Made by a program: the position numbers and the translations under genes
Shown here: positions 1-12,629 of the stretch, in pieces
Layout of the letters: every line of letters begins with the position of its first letter
Numbering within the stretch: position 1 is the stretch's first letter
NCBI GenBank assembly: GCA_964247055.1
Contig: OZ176058.1
Coordinates: 1,550,001-1,614,000, forward strand
Direction: 5' to 3'
Origin: Paragordius varius
Lineage: Eukaryota > Animalia > Nematomorpha
DNA: 64,000 nucleotides
Notes under the pieces: generated by a model
What the model was told of the DNA's origin: nothing
The model's input: only the letters and a program-made list of their open reading frames with translations
Databases searched by the model: none

Positions 1-189
1 AGAATCAAACAAGGCAATTAGAGCTAATACGGTTTTGATATTAGAAAAAATTCAAACATTAGGGTAATTTTTATTATTATTTTAAATTTATCTAGTATAT
101 TTGGACTACAGTGTAAAAATTTACAAATTATTTTAATGTTTGCTCTACGATCTTTGAGAAATATTTGTTTGCAAATGCTTTAATTTGTT

Positions 190-1281
190 CAGAGAAAAAT
201 GTGGATATAACAAATATGGTATTCAGCTATTTAATTTAGGTTAACTCGATTAATTTATTATTTAAATATCCCCAGCAATCATACCATAATACAAGAATTC
301 ATCTTAATATCTTATCTGCCATCTTAATAATGTTGCGTGGTATTTTTTATAAATAATTTCGAAACTTATTTTCATATAGTACACTCTATTATCAAGCATC
401 CAAGTGTATTTAAATTCATTTATTTTAAATTACCAATCATTTTAAATTATATTAATTATATTATTACATTTTATTAAGTTTAATACCATTGCTGTAATAA
501 TTATAATCATAAAATGTAATAATATTAGGTAAAAATCCACCAAAAATATATTTTAAAAATTACGCATAAAACGTAAAAACCAAACTACAAAATTTTTAAC
601 ATCTATATTTAAAAACCTTTATATATATAGCTCATCAATTTTAGTTTCAAAACAGGGAATAGAGATGACATTGGTAATCATTCAATTAATATATCTAATT
701 AAAAATAGCAATTATAAGTGTTGAAAAGTATGGATGTGTTTCTTAAAAAAATATTTGGCTATCAAAGTAAAAAATGGAATTATGCAATTGAAAATATAGA
801 GACAAATATATTCTTCTAAAAGAAAACCAAACATTACAAATCTTGATTTATTTCTATATAACTCATTTTTTATAATGGTAAAGTGTGTAGAGATATATAT
901 TAATATCACAATCAATTCTATATTTTACAATCGTATTTAAATAGCTTATAGAATAATTTAAATTTAATGTATGTTTATTTTTTGAATAAAATAATTGTAA
1001 TTATAATTTTACATTCAGTATAACTTCAATTTATACTGTATTTTATACTTTTTATTCAAAGTTTTACTGTAAAAGTTATTCTTAAATATATCATTCGTAG
1101 ATTTTTGCACCAAATATATCTTTCATCTAATCAGGGGTCAAATGGTTTCGCAGGCCGCATTTGAAAAATGTATTGGCATTAACAAAAGTGTAAAAATAAC
1201 TATTTATTGTAACTTTTAAGCTAGTTTATAACCGAAATTCGGAAGATTAATCTGAGGCTATGTCGAAAATAAAATTGAATT
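190..1281 (+). repeat. Unclassified ~2-kb AT-rich repeat (family A), copy 1, interrupted by the RTE LINE
   Basis: Colinear similarity to 4490-6530, 10545-13720, 25530-27430 and, reversed, 62650-63230 (shared blocks e.g. AAAATGTGGA..CAAATATGGT, ATCTGCCATCTTAATA, GCAGGCCGCATTTGAAAAATGTATTGG). The sequence resumes at 4455 after the LINE. Confidence 0.8.
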
Positions 1282-4200
1282 GTTGTTGTTGTTGTTGAGC
1301 TTGTAGTCGGTTATCGACCATTAGCAATTTTGTAGGAAAACGTTCTCCATTCGGTTCTGTCGTGAGCTTTTTGAGATAAATTTTGCAATGACAATTTGGA
1401 AAGGGATAAGATTTCGTCTACCCAGCGAATACGTCTGCGTCCTCTTCCTCTCTTACCATTAACTTTTCCCAACATAATATCCTTTTCCAAAGAATTGCCC
1501 CGAATAATGTGTCCAAAGTAGCCGAATTTTTGTTTTATTATTTTACCCCGAAGCGTTGTTTGTGGGTTAATTTTATTTACAATGTCGATATTCTTTATTT
1601 TGTCCTTCCATGTTATACCAAGTATCTTTTACCAGCAAAACATTTCAAACGCGTTTATTCTTTTTTCGTCTTCATTTTTGATAGTCCAGCTTTCACACCC
1701 GTATAACATGATAGGAAAGATTAATGCATTTACTAGTCGAATTTTTGTTTTAAGAGTTATGTCATGAGATTTCCATAACTTGTAGTGTGAGGATAGAGCG
1801 CATTTGGCGATAGCTATGCGTCTTCTTATTTCTTGGGAACTGGAGCTTAAGTTGTTGATAATGCTTCCAAGGTATGTGTATTCGTTGACTACGTGAATTG
1901 TTTCGCCATTAATCCGAAGCAAGTCATAGGAATGAGGGGAGTTGATATGTAAAATTTTAGTTTTGTTGAGGTTTAATGTAAGATTGTATTTTTTGCACAC
2001 ATTTATAAAAGTTCGGAGACTGTTTTCGAGGTTTGTTTGTGAATTTGCTAAGATAACCGTGTCGTCTGCGTAGTGGAGAGTCGTCAGAATGTGACCCCCT
2101 ACTTTTATTCCTGGCAGATTTAGATCCCTCATGATACATTCCAAATATATGTTGAACAACATGGGAGATAAAATGCAGCCTTGACGCAGACCTATGTTCA
2201 TTAGGCTCCAAGAGGTTGGGCCATGCGGGGTGTTAAGTGATAGGTAGGAGTTGGAGTATATGGATTTAATTAGTTTGATTAAGTGATCGGAAACTCCTAT
2301 TTGTTTAAGGGCCTTCCAGAGAATGTCATGTTGAACGGTATCAAAGGCTTTAGAAAAATCCACGAAACATAAATGTATCTCATTTTGGAATTCACAGTTT
2401 TTTTCCATTATCCATCTAAGGTTTAAGATCATGTCTCGGCATCCTCTCTTTTCTCTAAAGCCTGCCTGTGTCATTGATATTTCCGGTTTGACATATGTTT
2501 GTAGACGGTTTTGTATTATTTTTAAGAAAACTTTTGAGGTTTGACTGATCAATGCTATTGTACGGTAATTTTCACATAGTTTAGGATCGCCCTTTTTGAA
2601 TATAGGGACCACTAGTGATTTGTTCCAGTCCGTCGGGAATGTCGCCTCATTGAAAATTTTTTGAAATAACGAAAGAAATTTTATGGGAATGTGCCTTTGT
2701 AACTCGGTACGGTTGATGAATGCTTCAGGGCCCATTCAATTTCTTCTTTTAGTATAGGAGGGTCATAAGTTTGTTCAGAGTTCATGGCAGTTATATTTGA
2801 TTGTTTTGAGAATAAATTTTGGATGTATTCTTCCCAGAGTTTAATTACTCCTTTTTTATCGGTTAGAAGTTTTCCGTTTGAATGAGACATAGGACCTTTG
2901 TATATTTGTTTTTTGCGCGGTTGAATGTCTTTAATATAAGAGAAATAGTTGTGATTAAGTTTAGCGGCTTGCTCTAGGTTAGCGCAGATTGTATTATAAT
3001 GAGATTCTTTGTCGGATCTTATGCTTTTTTGTAATTCATTATAATATTTTTGTACTCAAGGGGAATGCCCTTGGATTTTGCTACTCTTCTCTGTTCAATT
3101 AGGTCGATGCTTTGTTGTGATATGGTAAATTTTTGGTTTTTTGTTGTGGCAGGTGGTATATGTTCTTTAGCTGTTTCGATGGTAATTTTGTGAATAGTAG
3201 ACCAAAGATCATCTGTGTTCAATGTTTCGTATTTTAGGGATTCAAATTTATTGTTAAGGATTGGAGTAAAATCGGCAGGTATAAGTTTGTAGTTCAATTT
3301 AGTTTTAGAAAAGTTTTTTTGCGGCTGGGGAAGTTGTAGCTTTATTTTGATCTTGGCCATTAATAGGTTATGATCTGAGTTGCAGTCTGCACTCGAGTAG
3401 CACCGGATGTTTTGAAATGAGCTTTTGTATTTTTGCATTCCCAATATGTAATCTATTTGATTCCTGTGTTTACGACACAGTGAGATCCAGGTGTAGAGCC
3501 GTCTGTTAGGTTGGTTGAAAAACGAGTTCGCTATAAAGAGATTGTTTTGTTGGCAAAAATCAATTAGCCTTTCACCACGCGGGTTTTTCACTTTACCAAG
3601 GCCTTTTCCACCAGTGACCTTGTCTGTTTTATCGTTAGCTATGATAGCGTTAAAATCGCCGATGATGAAAGTTATGTCTTTCTTGGATGTTTCACAAAGA
3701 GCCATTTGTAACTCATTATAGAACTTTTCACATTCGTCTTCGGGTGAGACACTCGTAGGGGCATAGATTTGATATATTGTTATAGCCTGGGGTCTGGTGT
3801 TGATTCGTAGGGATATAATACGATCGGAGATAGGTCTATATATATATGTCTGGCAAGATTATTCGATATTAAGAAACCGCATCCATTTCGTTTGAGTTCC
3901 CCCCCCAGAGTTATAAAAGGAGTAATTGTCGTATATTTTGTGTGAGTTATGTTGCATATGAGTCTCCGGCAGCCCTAACACATGGATGTTTAAACGTTTC
4001 ATCTCGCGAATTATTATATCCAATTTGTTATCTGAAGTGCCACGGGTGTTCCAGGTGGCCAATTCTAAGTTACGGGAGCTTATTTTAGAATTATGGCTTT
4101 CCATGTAGGAATTTAGATTAGTGGTGGTGTATTGAGATATAAGAATAAATAGAAAGAATCAGTATGATATGTCCACTGATGTTTAAGAATGGTTTTTAGG

Positions 4201-4454
4201 GAATGAAATTGTCGATGAAAATTTTGGAGTTGTATGTTCTGTAGAAATAATTCATGTGAGATTATAATTCTGAGTAATAGAATTTCTTCCGGATAATAAA
4301 AGTTACAATAAATTGATGAAGATAATGAGATAAATTCCGTTTATCACCGAATGTGAACAAGATTTCCTATAAAATCAAAAGGTACGCGCATCTCAGGAGT
4401 GAACATACCAAGTTCTTCTCCGCGCCTGCAGCCGATCATAAAAAAGTATACAAA
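1282..4454 (-). mobile_element. Full-length RTE-clade (BovB-like) non-LTR retrotransposon, ~3.17 kb
   Basis: 11-bp TSD AAAATTGAATT at 1271-1281 and 4455-4465. (CAA)n tail at 1282-1297, ~15 nt after the stop. Single APE+RT ORF with an RTE-type C-terminus (GHIIRGNSLEKDIMLGKVNGKRGRGRRRIRW). Confidence 0.93.
1311..4104 (-). pseudogene. Disrupted APE endonuclease + reverse transcriptase ORF of the RTE LINE
   Basis: APE motifs TWNTRG, LPETH, GDFNA, IDYI, SDH; RT motifs QAGFR, DFSKAFD, GLRQGCILSP, YADD. Broken by indels near 3900 (C8), 3840 (TA)n, 3050, 2720 and 1525, and by a premature TAA at 1629-1631. Confidence 0.92.
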
Positions 4455-4489
4455 AAAATTGAATTACATATTGCAATTATGGTTTCACA

Positions 4490-6165
4490 AAAATTTTAGA
4501 AAAAAGAAGCTGGCAACCCCAGAAAGCTAAAAAGGTATTAATTCAAATACTTTTATTGTAACATGTGGATGACAAATATGGTTAATAGCTATCGAATTAG
4601 GGTTAACTCGAAATGCTACATATAACTCTTCTTTGATGAATAAAATAATTAATTTATCACAACATAAGCTATTTATATAGCCAAAAATTATAATTTATGA
4701 AAATCGAAACTAGCGAACCCTAGACTAAAAAAGGTAATAATATTTGGTAATTCAAAAGCTTTTATTGTAACAAAAGAAAATGTGGATAACAAATATGGTT
4801 AATAGCTATTAAATTAGGGTTAACTCTATTAACTTATTAATTATATTTCTCTTTCACCATGGCTTTTACCTCGAAATTTCGAAATCTGCCATCTTAATAC
4901 TGTTTACAGTATATATAAATATTATACCTTCATTCATATAATCTCGAAACTTATTCTGAATTATTGTTAAGCATCCCAGTGTATTCGCATAAATATAAAT
5001 TACCAATCAAATTAAATTAGATTAATTATAATACAATTAAAGTCTAATATCATTGCTGTTTTGGTATAATTAGAAAGATTTAATAATAATTAGTAAATAC
5101 AATCTACCAAAAATATATTACAGTTAATAAGGGAATTTTACGCATAAATAAAAATTAAAAGACAATATTTAACATTTATATTCAAAAACCTTTTATATAG
5201 CTCATCTATTTTAGTTACTAAACGGATAATAGAGATTACATTGTTAATCATTCATTTAAATGTATCTAATTAAATATCGCAATTATAAGTTTTGAAAAGT
5301 ATATATGTGTTTTTTTAAATAATATTTGGCTATTAAAGTAAAAACTGAAATTATGCAAACAAGACGTGAAAATATAAATATTTTTTTCTAAAAGAGAACC
5401 ATACATTTTACATTTTGATTTATTTTAATATAAGTGTCATAGAGATATATATTAACATTACAATCAATTCTTTGTCTTAAATTGTAACTAAATTTATATG
5501 GGAATAATTAAAGTTTAAAAAAGTATGGTAATTTTTTAATAAAAATATGTCTTTATATTTTTACATTTTGTCCGTATAATTTCATTTTTTACTGTATTTT
5601 TTACGCTTTTATTTAAATTTCTACTGTAGTTCTTCGTGAATATATGCTTCGTGGATATTTTTCCTAATATATCGAACATCTAAGCTGGGACAACATAAAT
5701 TTCGCAAGCTGTATTTGAAAAATGTATTGGGATTAACAAAAGACTGTAAAAGTAACTATTTAATGCAACATATTTAGCTAGTTTATTGCCAAAATTCGAA
5801 AGATATATCTGAAGCTTTGTCAAAAAATATTTAATTTTATATATTACAATTATATTGGCATAGCAGTCATCATAAATTTCTTAATTTTATTTATTATTCA
5901 TTTCAGTTTAGTATGATTTAGATAACCTACGATTGTGATTATGGATCTTAAAAATTCTAATAATAACCATACTATAAAATTTAAATAATAGTTTATATTT
6001 TAAAAAATTAATAAATATTAAGCATTTTGTCTCGAACGAAATTAAACTCAGGACCTAATCCCATTTTATATATTTTATATTAATTTTAATTTTTCTCATA
6101 AAATTATAATGAATTGAAATCCAATTTGGATAAAATACTTTTTTTTATAATATCTCACTTTATTA

Positions 6166-6215
<50 letters not shown>

Positions 6216-6530
6216 AATTTGAGTTCATTTTAAATGGCCAAAAAATTAATTTTGGATATTGATTCACCCTCTTTAACCTATATCCCACATTTCCTTTACA
6301 ATGAAAGATTGTTTTATTTTAAAATAACTTGTTCAGAGAGTTTTTTGCAATGGAATAACTAAGAATATGGATTCTATTGAAGTAATGAGTTTATTTTCAG
6401 TTTCATGTTTTAAATTCAATAAAATATTTATTAATTCTCAGTATTTTATATTTTTGTAAATGTTGCCCTTAAACTGTTGAGCGCCTATGATATCTTTAAT
6501 ATTTTAGGTAAATTTTATTATCAATAAAGT
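4490..6530 (+). repeat. Family A repeat, copy 2
   Basis: Colinear with the other copies. Internal ~190-bp tandem duplication at the 5' end (4490-4830). Contains (TA)n at 6169-6213. Confidence 0.8.
6169..6213. repeat. (TA)n microsatellite
   Basis: About 22 perfect AT units. Confidence 0.95.
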
Positions 6531-6809
6531 AAATAATTTTATTAAGAACACTTATAAATTTATTAATATATATAAAATACAATTTAAAATATAGAAGAAA
6601 AGTGCTGCGCAACAATATTGGACATGGGTAAGGTGACCAGATTTTTTGAAGGAAAAAGCGGGACAAATCTGATAAGGGGGGGGGTCATTGGGGGGTACAA
6701 CCAAAAATTTTTATACAAAAGATTTATTTTAATATTTAATTATTTTTAACACAAATACATTATAAATATAAAAAAATTTCTACCTTACAGGTAGTTTGTA
6801 CTTTCAATA

Positions 6810-7590
6810 ATTTTACATGTGCACGAACAAAAAGTGATGATTGTAATGTTCTAGAAAAAAATAATAACGACGAAATCATCACAAAGTGCGCTGGGTGGCA
6901 AGAAGCGGCACAAAAAATATTTTTAACAATTTAGCGAATAATCTTAATCAAAACATTATTGGCAGATACACAACACTATTCAAACAGCTACTGATTTGTT
7001 ACCCCTGGATGTGGAAAAATAGATGTTAAAATGGTTGGATATTGTAGAACTGTTGGTTAGCTCTTTTGCCAGCGATTTATTTATAAAAACGTGATCTTCT
7101 AGAATCCTATCTTTTATCACAGGACAAAGGTCAAAATTCCAAGTCAAAAAAGGCTAGAAAATAATTTTATACCATTACCTAATCGCAATATTATAAAGCA
7201 TCTAGAAAAACAAGGCTCAATGAATAGCCAGCTTATAAAAATGTTTTATACAAACAGAAACGATTATTTGGAAGACAAGACGACAATGACACTTTTTTAT
7301 GAAGTCTCATTATTAAATAAATATATTGAATGAAAACTTATATTATGGGCAACAGAAAAAATACGTATGATAGAAATGGTTAAAATAATCATTTTTAAAC
7401 AAATTATGTTCATACAATAATATTTTATTGGTAGAATTTGCATTATCTTTACCTGAACCACTGCTATCGCGTTTTTCCACAGTAAATTAAGTAAGGACAC
7501 GGAATCAAATTTAAATGTTCAGTAAAAGCCATTTTATGTGTTCAAATATAATTTGACTAATTATAAAGACTTATACAATATTTTAAGTAA
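6810..7590 (+). pseudogene. Inverted, internally deleted second copy of the same hAT transposase, inside the element
   Basis: Block-by-block match to the reverse complement of ~7690-9095, e.g. TAATCTTAATCAAAACATTATTGGC, TTTTATCACAGGACAAA, AGAAAATAATTTTATACCATTA, TCTTTACCTG. Roughly 75-80% identical by eye. Confidence 0.85.
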
Positions 7591-7635
7591 TTTTGTTTAT
7601 TTTACATAAAAACTTTATAAATATAAGAAAATAAT

Positions 7636-9449
7636 TTATTGTTTGGTATATTTTTTGTTTGAGTGAATGCGTTTTAGCAGATTGTCATCATTTTTTAAAT
7701 ATTGTAGAATTCTTCACAAGAATTTGTCAAATTATATTTGACAGATAAAACGGCCTTTTAAGTTTCAACATTTATATTTGATTTTACCGACGTCCACATC
7801 TGATTAACTGTGGAAAAAACGCCCTCAGTAGCAGCGTTGGTTCCAGGTAAAGATAGTGCGAATCCCACAATTTTTAAAATATTATTGTATAGAACATAGT
7901 TTGATTCAAAATGATGAAATATTTCCAACCATTTCTTTTCTACTGTATATTTTTCTTTTGTCCATAAATTAAGTTTTTCATTATTAATATCTCTTTAATG
8001 ATACCTCAGAAATAAAATCATTTTCTGAAAGATTACTTTTTGAGAATTTTTGGGAGCAGATATAATCAAATGATTGAACATCGCACCAATTAAATTCTGA
8101 TTTTATTATCCAATGAAAATGATCAATTTCATTGAATTGCGTCGTCCAGTCTTCCAAATAATCTTTACAGTTTGTATAAAACATTTTTATATGGTGCAGG
8201 ATATCTTGGCGATTTATTAAGCCTTGTTTTTCTAAATTATTTATTATATTGCGGATGGTTAATGGTATAAAATTATTTTCTAACCGTTCTTGACATTGGA
8301 ATTTTAGGTTACTAATTGGCTACTTCGATTGCCGAAATTTTGTCACCTTCTATATTAATAACATTTTGAAAGAGAGAAGCTTGATTATGTAAGAATTCTA
8401 ACCATATTTTTGAAGAATGACTTTCAAAAAACTTTCTTAAAGTTGTTTTGTCCTGTGATAAAAAAAAGATTTTAGAGGATCATACATTTTTAAAATTCTT
8501 TCGATAGCTGGCATAAACGCTAACCAATGAGTTTTCAATATCCAAGCTCACACAGAATTCTTTAAGCGTTTCAACACGTACCGTGTATAAATAAAAATAG
8601 GAATATATTTTAACAACTACATTTTCCACATCTAAGAGTAACAAATCAGCAGCTGTCTGAATAGCGTTGTGTATTATATGCGCTGCACACCCTACGCCAA
8701 TAATGTTTTGATTAAGATTATCTGCTAATTTATGAAAAATATTTTTTGTTCCCCTCCTTGCTTTTCCACCAAAGTTCGTATTGGTGTTGTCAGCGCAATA
8801 TGCGATAATTTTGTCTTTTAAATTATTTTTTTCTAGAATATGCATTATTGAAGTAAATATTATTTCGGAATTTTCACCGGGTAGATAAATTAAATCTAAA
8901 ATTTTAATTTTTACTCCGGTTTCTGAATCAAAATATCTTAAAGTGGGAAATAATTTTGTTTCATGGTGATTTGATGCATCAGGGTATAGGGATAAGAAAT
9001 TAATATTCAGCAAATTTTTTGTATTTCAGAAAATGCCTGTGGCGAAAGGACATTGCACCCAATGGCTTCAGCCTTTGTACGGGCACATGTAAATTTATGG
9101 AATAACGTGCGAATAACCTGTGAGGTACAGTCCATAGGTCTAAAAAATGATTGTGATTAACGGCGCGAAAAGATAACACGCCCTCAGCTAGTGCACAATT
9201 ATTTCCTCCTCTCCAAAAGCGGTTTTTCGAAAAAATCGCTCATTTTGTAAGATGATGCCGCCATATCTAAACATTTTGTATGTTTCTGTGTTTCCATATG
9301 CTTTGTAATACCATGCTTGCCGCCATGTGCTAGGGTGAATTCCCCCTCGCATATAAGACATTTAACAGATGATTCATTCTTCGTTTTTTTGATAAAAGGA
9401 AAATCTTTCATTAATTCATCGTGAATTTACGACCTCTTTTTCTGTTCAT
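7636..9449 (-). pseudogene. hAT transposase, frameshifted
   Basis: BED-like Zn finger CLIC..H..H (ORF 9199-9411); DASNH and ADNTNTNFGG acidic motifs and CAAH (CxxH) in ORF 8480-9013; dimerisation motif LSLPGTNAATEGVFS near 7800-7870; stop at 7636-7638. Confidence 0.88.
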
Positions 9450-10079
9450 ATTTATAAACTACTATTAGGATAATAAATATTATATTACCTTAATTTTCTG
9501 GAATAAACGTGTAAGGTACCGATTTTTGGTATCAATTTGTCTTTTAAGCTACCGATTTGTGGTATTAATTTGGCTTTTTAATAATGTTGGCAAGTAATAA
9601 AACTAAAATATTACTATAATAAATATTATATTACCTTAATTTTCTGGGATAAACGGGTAATGTACCGATTTGTGGTATCAATTTGTCTTTTAATCTAGAG
9701 ATTTTTGGTATTAACTTAGCTTTTTGATAATGATGACAGTAGTAGTAGGAAGGAAAGTGCATATGATATAAATTCGAAAAAAATAAATTTTTTTAATTTA
9801 AAAATAAAAAATTTTAATTTAAAATTCATTTAGATTTTAAAGATATTTAATGATAAAAAATTTAAACGGATAAAAAATACATAATCGTGAAAAAGCGATA
9901 CATTTTAAAAACGTCGCGGGACGCGGGACAAAGTGTAAAGCGGGACGTCTGGTCACCTTAGGCATGGGGAAGTTACAAGAGAGAAGAAAGAGAAAATATT
10001 AATATATAAATATATAAAAAAAATAAAATAGATAAAATAAAAAAAAACAAATATATAAAAAAATATTACAATAACATTT

Positions 10080-10525
10080 GTTGGGTTGTTGTCTATGAGG
10101 GAATTTCGACCGCTTATAAACATGTGGTACATATCGGAGGATGATTTGATAGTATTGGTAACTATTGATTTCAGTTGTGTAGGGCATCAGAACTTGATTT
10201 CTCAAAAAGATCATTTTTTGAACACCAAAAGCCGAGGTTCCCTACAACAACTGGGATGACCTGGGTATTTATAGGTCTCTAGTAATTGTTGAGCCATACA
10301 GCTATACTTCATCATTTTATTGTTGAAAGCCGTTTCGAATGATTCTAGCCTGTTTTTAAACGGCACAGTGGGATCAATGATATAACAATCAGTGCCATTT
10401 GTTACAATGAGGTCAGGGCGTAGTCTCGACGAATCGATAGCTTGGTTTTCACTTAAGATCTAGAAATTTGATGGGAGGTTATCTTTAACCAGGTCTACTA
10501 TGACGTTGTGTCTTTTGGTTATTAT
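10080..10525 (-). mobile_element. 3' fragment of a restriction-like-endonuclease (RLE) non-LTR retrotransposon (NeSL/Utopia/R2-type)
   Basis: Manual translation: RHNVIVDLV..RLRPDLIVTNGTDCYIIDPTVPFKNR..KMMKY..(frameshift)QVIPVVVGNLGFW. This fits the RHN, PD..D, K..KY, VG.LG.W pattern of RLE domains. One stop and one frameshift. Confidence 0.75.
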
Positions 10526-11419
10526 ATTATCATCTTTTATGCTATTTATATAGCTAAAAATTATAATATTAGAAAATAGAAGCTGGCTAACCCCAGAAAG
10601 CTAAAAAAAGTATTGATATTTGTTAATTCAAACGCTTTTATTGGATCAAAAGAAAATGTGGACAACAAATATGGTTAACATTTATCACGATATATGCTAT
10701 TTATATAGCCAAAAATTATAATTAATGAAAATAGAAACTAGCTTACCCCAGACTAAAAAAGGTATTGATATTTGTTAATTCAAATGCTTTTATTGGTAGA
10801 AAAGAAAATGTGGCCAACAAATATGGTTAATAGCTATTAAATTAGGGTTCAATTATTCATATAATCTCGACTCTTACTCTGAAATTGTGCACTTTATTGT
10901 TAAACATCCCAGTGTATTCGCATAAAAATAAATTACCAATCAGATTAAATTAGATTAATTTTTTACAATATCTAATTTCATTGCTGTTTTGGTATAATTA
11001 GGAAGATTTAATAATAAATAGTAAATACAATCCACCAAAAATATATTTACAGTTAATAATGGAATTTAACGCATTAAACAACCAAAAGACCATATTTTTT
11101 AACATTTATTTTCAAACACTTTTTATATAGCTCATCTATTATAATTACTAAACGGAGAATAGAGATGACATTGTTAATCATTTATTTAAATGTATCTAAT
11201 TTAAATATCGCAATTAAAAAGTTTTAGTATGGATGTGTTTTTTAAAGTATTTGGCTATTAAAGTAAATATTGAAATTATGCAAACAAGACGTGAAAATAT
11301 AAAAATATTTTTTCTAAAAGAGAACCATAAATTTTACATTTTGATTTATTTTAATATAAAAACTCATTATTTAAAAGTTTATTGTGGCATAGATATATAT
11401 ATTAATATGAATAATATTA

Positions 11420-12629
11420 TCGCGCATCGGCTTTTTTAAAAAAACTGGCCCGTTTTAGAGAAGTCCAAAAAGTTGTTTTGGAGCCTACGCTTAAAATTTT
11501 AAATTTCATTTTTGTTTTCGAATATAGTTCATATCATAATATAATGGTATTTTTAAAAAGCATTTAGCTTTCACCAAAAAAAATTATAAATCTGCCTAAT
11601 TTGCAACCTTTCGATAAGGAACAATTACCACAAAACTGGATATAACTCTAAATTATTCCTTGGACCTAAAACCAAGCACCATGATACTCCTAATATGCAT
11701 TATATTTGATTGATCATAATATTTTTTATAGCCTCCGATTTTGTGCACTGTGGATTAAAATGATTATTAGACGCTTGCAACTAAAGTAAACAAATATCAT
11801 ATATTTATTGACAATAAACATAAATATATAATTGTATATATCAAATAGTAAAAATTTTATGAAATCCAATAAAATAAGTAGATTCTTCAATGCTTCATCC
11901 TCAAAATGCAAAAAGTGCGCAGATAATTCGATCGCCATGACATCTAAATCTAAAAAATATGGTTAAATCAATTGCACACCTTCTAAAAAACTTTGGGTTT
12001 TACATGTATGTTCCAGATATATTTTTTCAAGAAGCTTAGTTCACTAAGATGTGTATGCGACCATTCAATTTCTAAAACCTATAAATAATTTGTTATATAG
12101 ACATCATTTTTATCCTCCAATTTAAAGAATTTGAAAAACTGGATAGATTTTTTTATTTCACAAAGTATGCAAATATTTCGTTTTCCGAGACTCAAATAAA
12201 TCTAAAAAATATAGTTGGATAATGCATACCTATTTCTTCTAAAAAACTTTTGATTTTGCATGCATGTTTTAGGATTTATCTATTTTTTAACAGTGGTTGT
12301 GTGCACCCCTTTTAATGCCAAAAGATTGAAGCAGCATTAATCAAACCTATAAATTATTTGTTAAATATACTTTACTTTCTCTCCTCCAATTTACAGAATT
12401 CAAAAATTCACAATATTAATAAAGTTATGCCACTTTGAAATTTTAATAAGTCTACTAGGAGCAGACTTATGATTTTTATTCAAAAATGTAAGCATAAGGA
12501 CGTAAGCATAAGGATTTAAGCATAAGGACGTAAGCATAAGTACGTAAGCATAAGGATTTAAGCATAAGGATGTAAGCATAAGGATTTAAGCATAAGGACG
12601 TAAGTAATACTTACCCGAACATGGGTCTA
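11420..12629 (+). mobile_element. Non-autonomous Helitron-like element (family C), copy 1
   Basis: Starts with TC after A, inserted at A|T with no TSD. 3' hairpin GTAAGT-AAT-ACTTAC lies ~12 nt before a CTA(G)-like end. Homologous to 20387-21533. Confidence 0.7.
12489..12604 (+). repeat. 14-bp tandem array TAAGCATAAGGA(CG/TT), 8 units, inside family C
   Basis: Counted directly. The same array occurs at ~19183-19257 (5 units, reverse) and ~21394-21505 (8 units). Confidence 0.92.

Larger units (their letters stand above)
6629..9960 (-). mobile_element. hAT DNA transposon (Blackjack-like termini), 3332 bp, defective
   Basis: 13-bp TIRs TAAGGTGACCAGA (6629) and TCTGGTCACCTTA (9960). 8-bp TSD GACATGGG / GGCATGGG (7/8). 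Subterminal GCGGGAC repeats at both ends. Transposase remnant on the - strand. Confidence 0.9.

Noticed and set aside
712-915. 60-70-aa Ile/Phe/Lys/Asn-rich ORFs throughout the track
   Set aside because: Composition mirrors AT-rich background, many lack ATG, and most lie inside repeat copies without ORF conservation between copies.
1509-2211. ORFs 1509-1706, 1582-1767 and 1957-2211 (also 3515-3721, 31965-32147, 52649-52930, 53208-53456, 60453-60644) as genes
   Set aside because: They are antisense or alternative-frame shadows of LINE coding sequence.
12489-12604. 14-bp repeat array as CRISPR or telomeric repeat
   Set aside because: Units are contiguous with no unique spacers, no cas genes are present, the context is eukaryotic, and the array is always embedded in family C.
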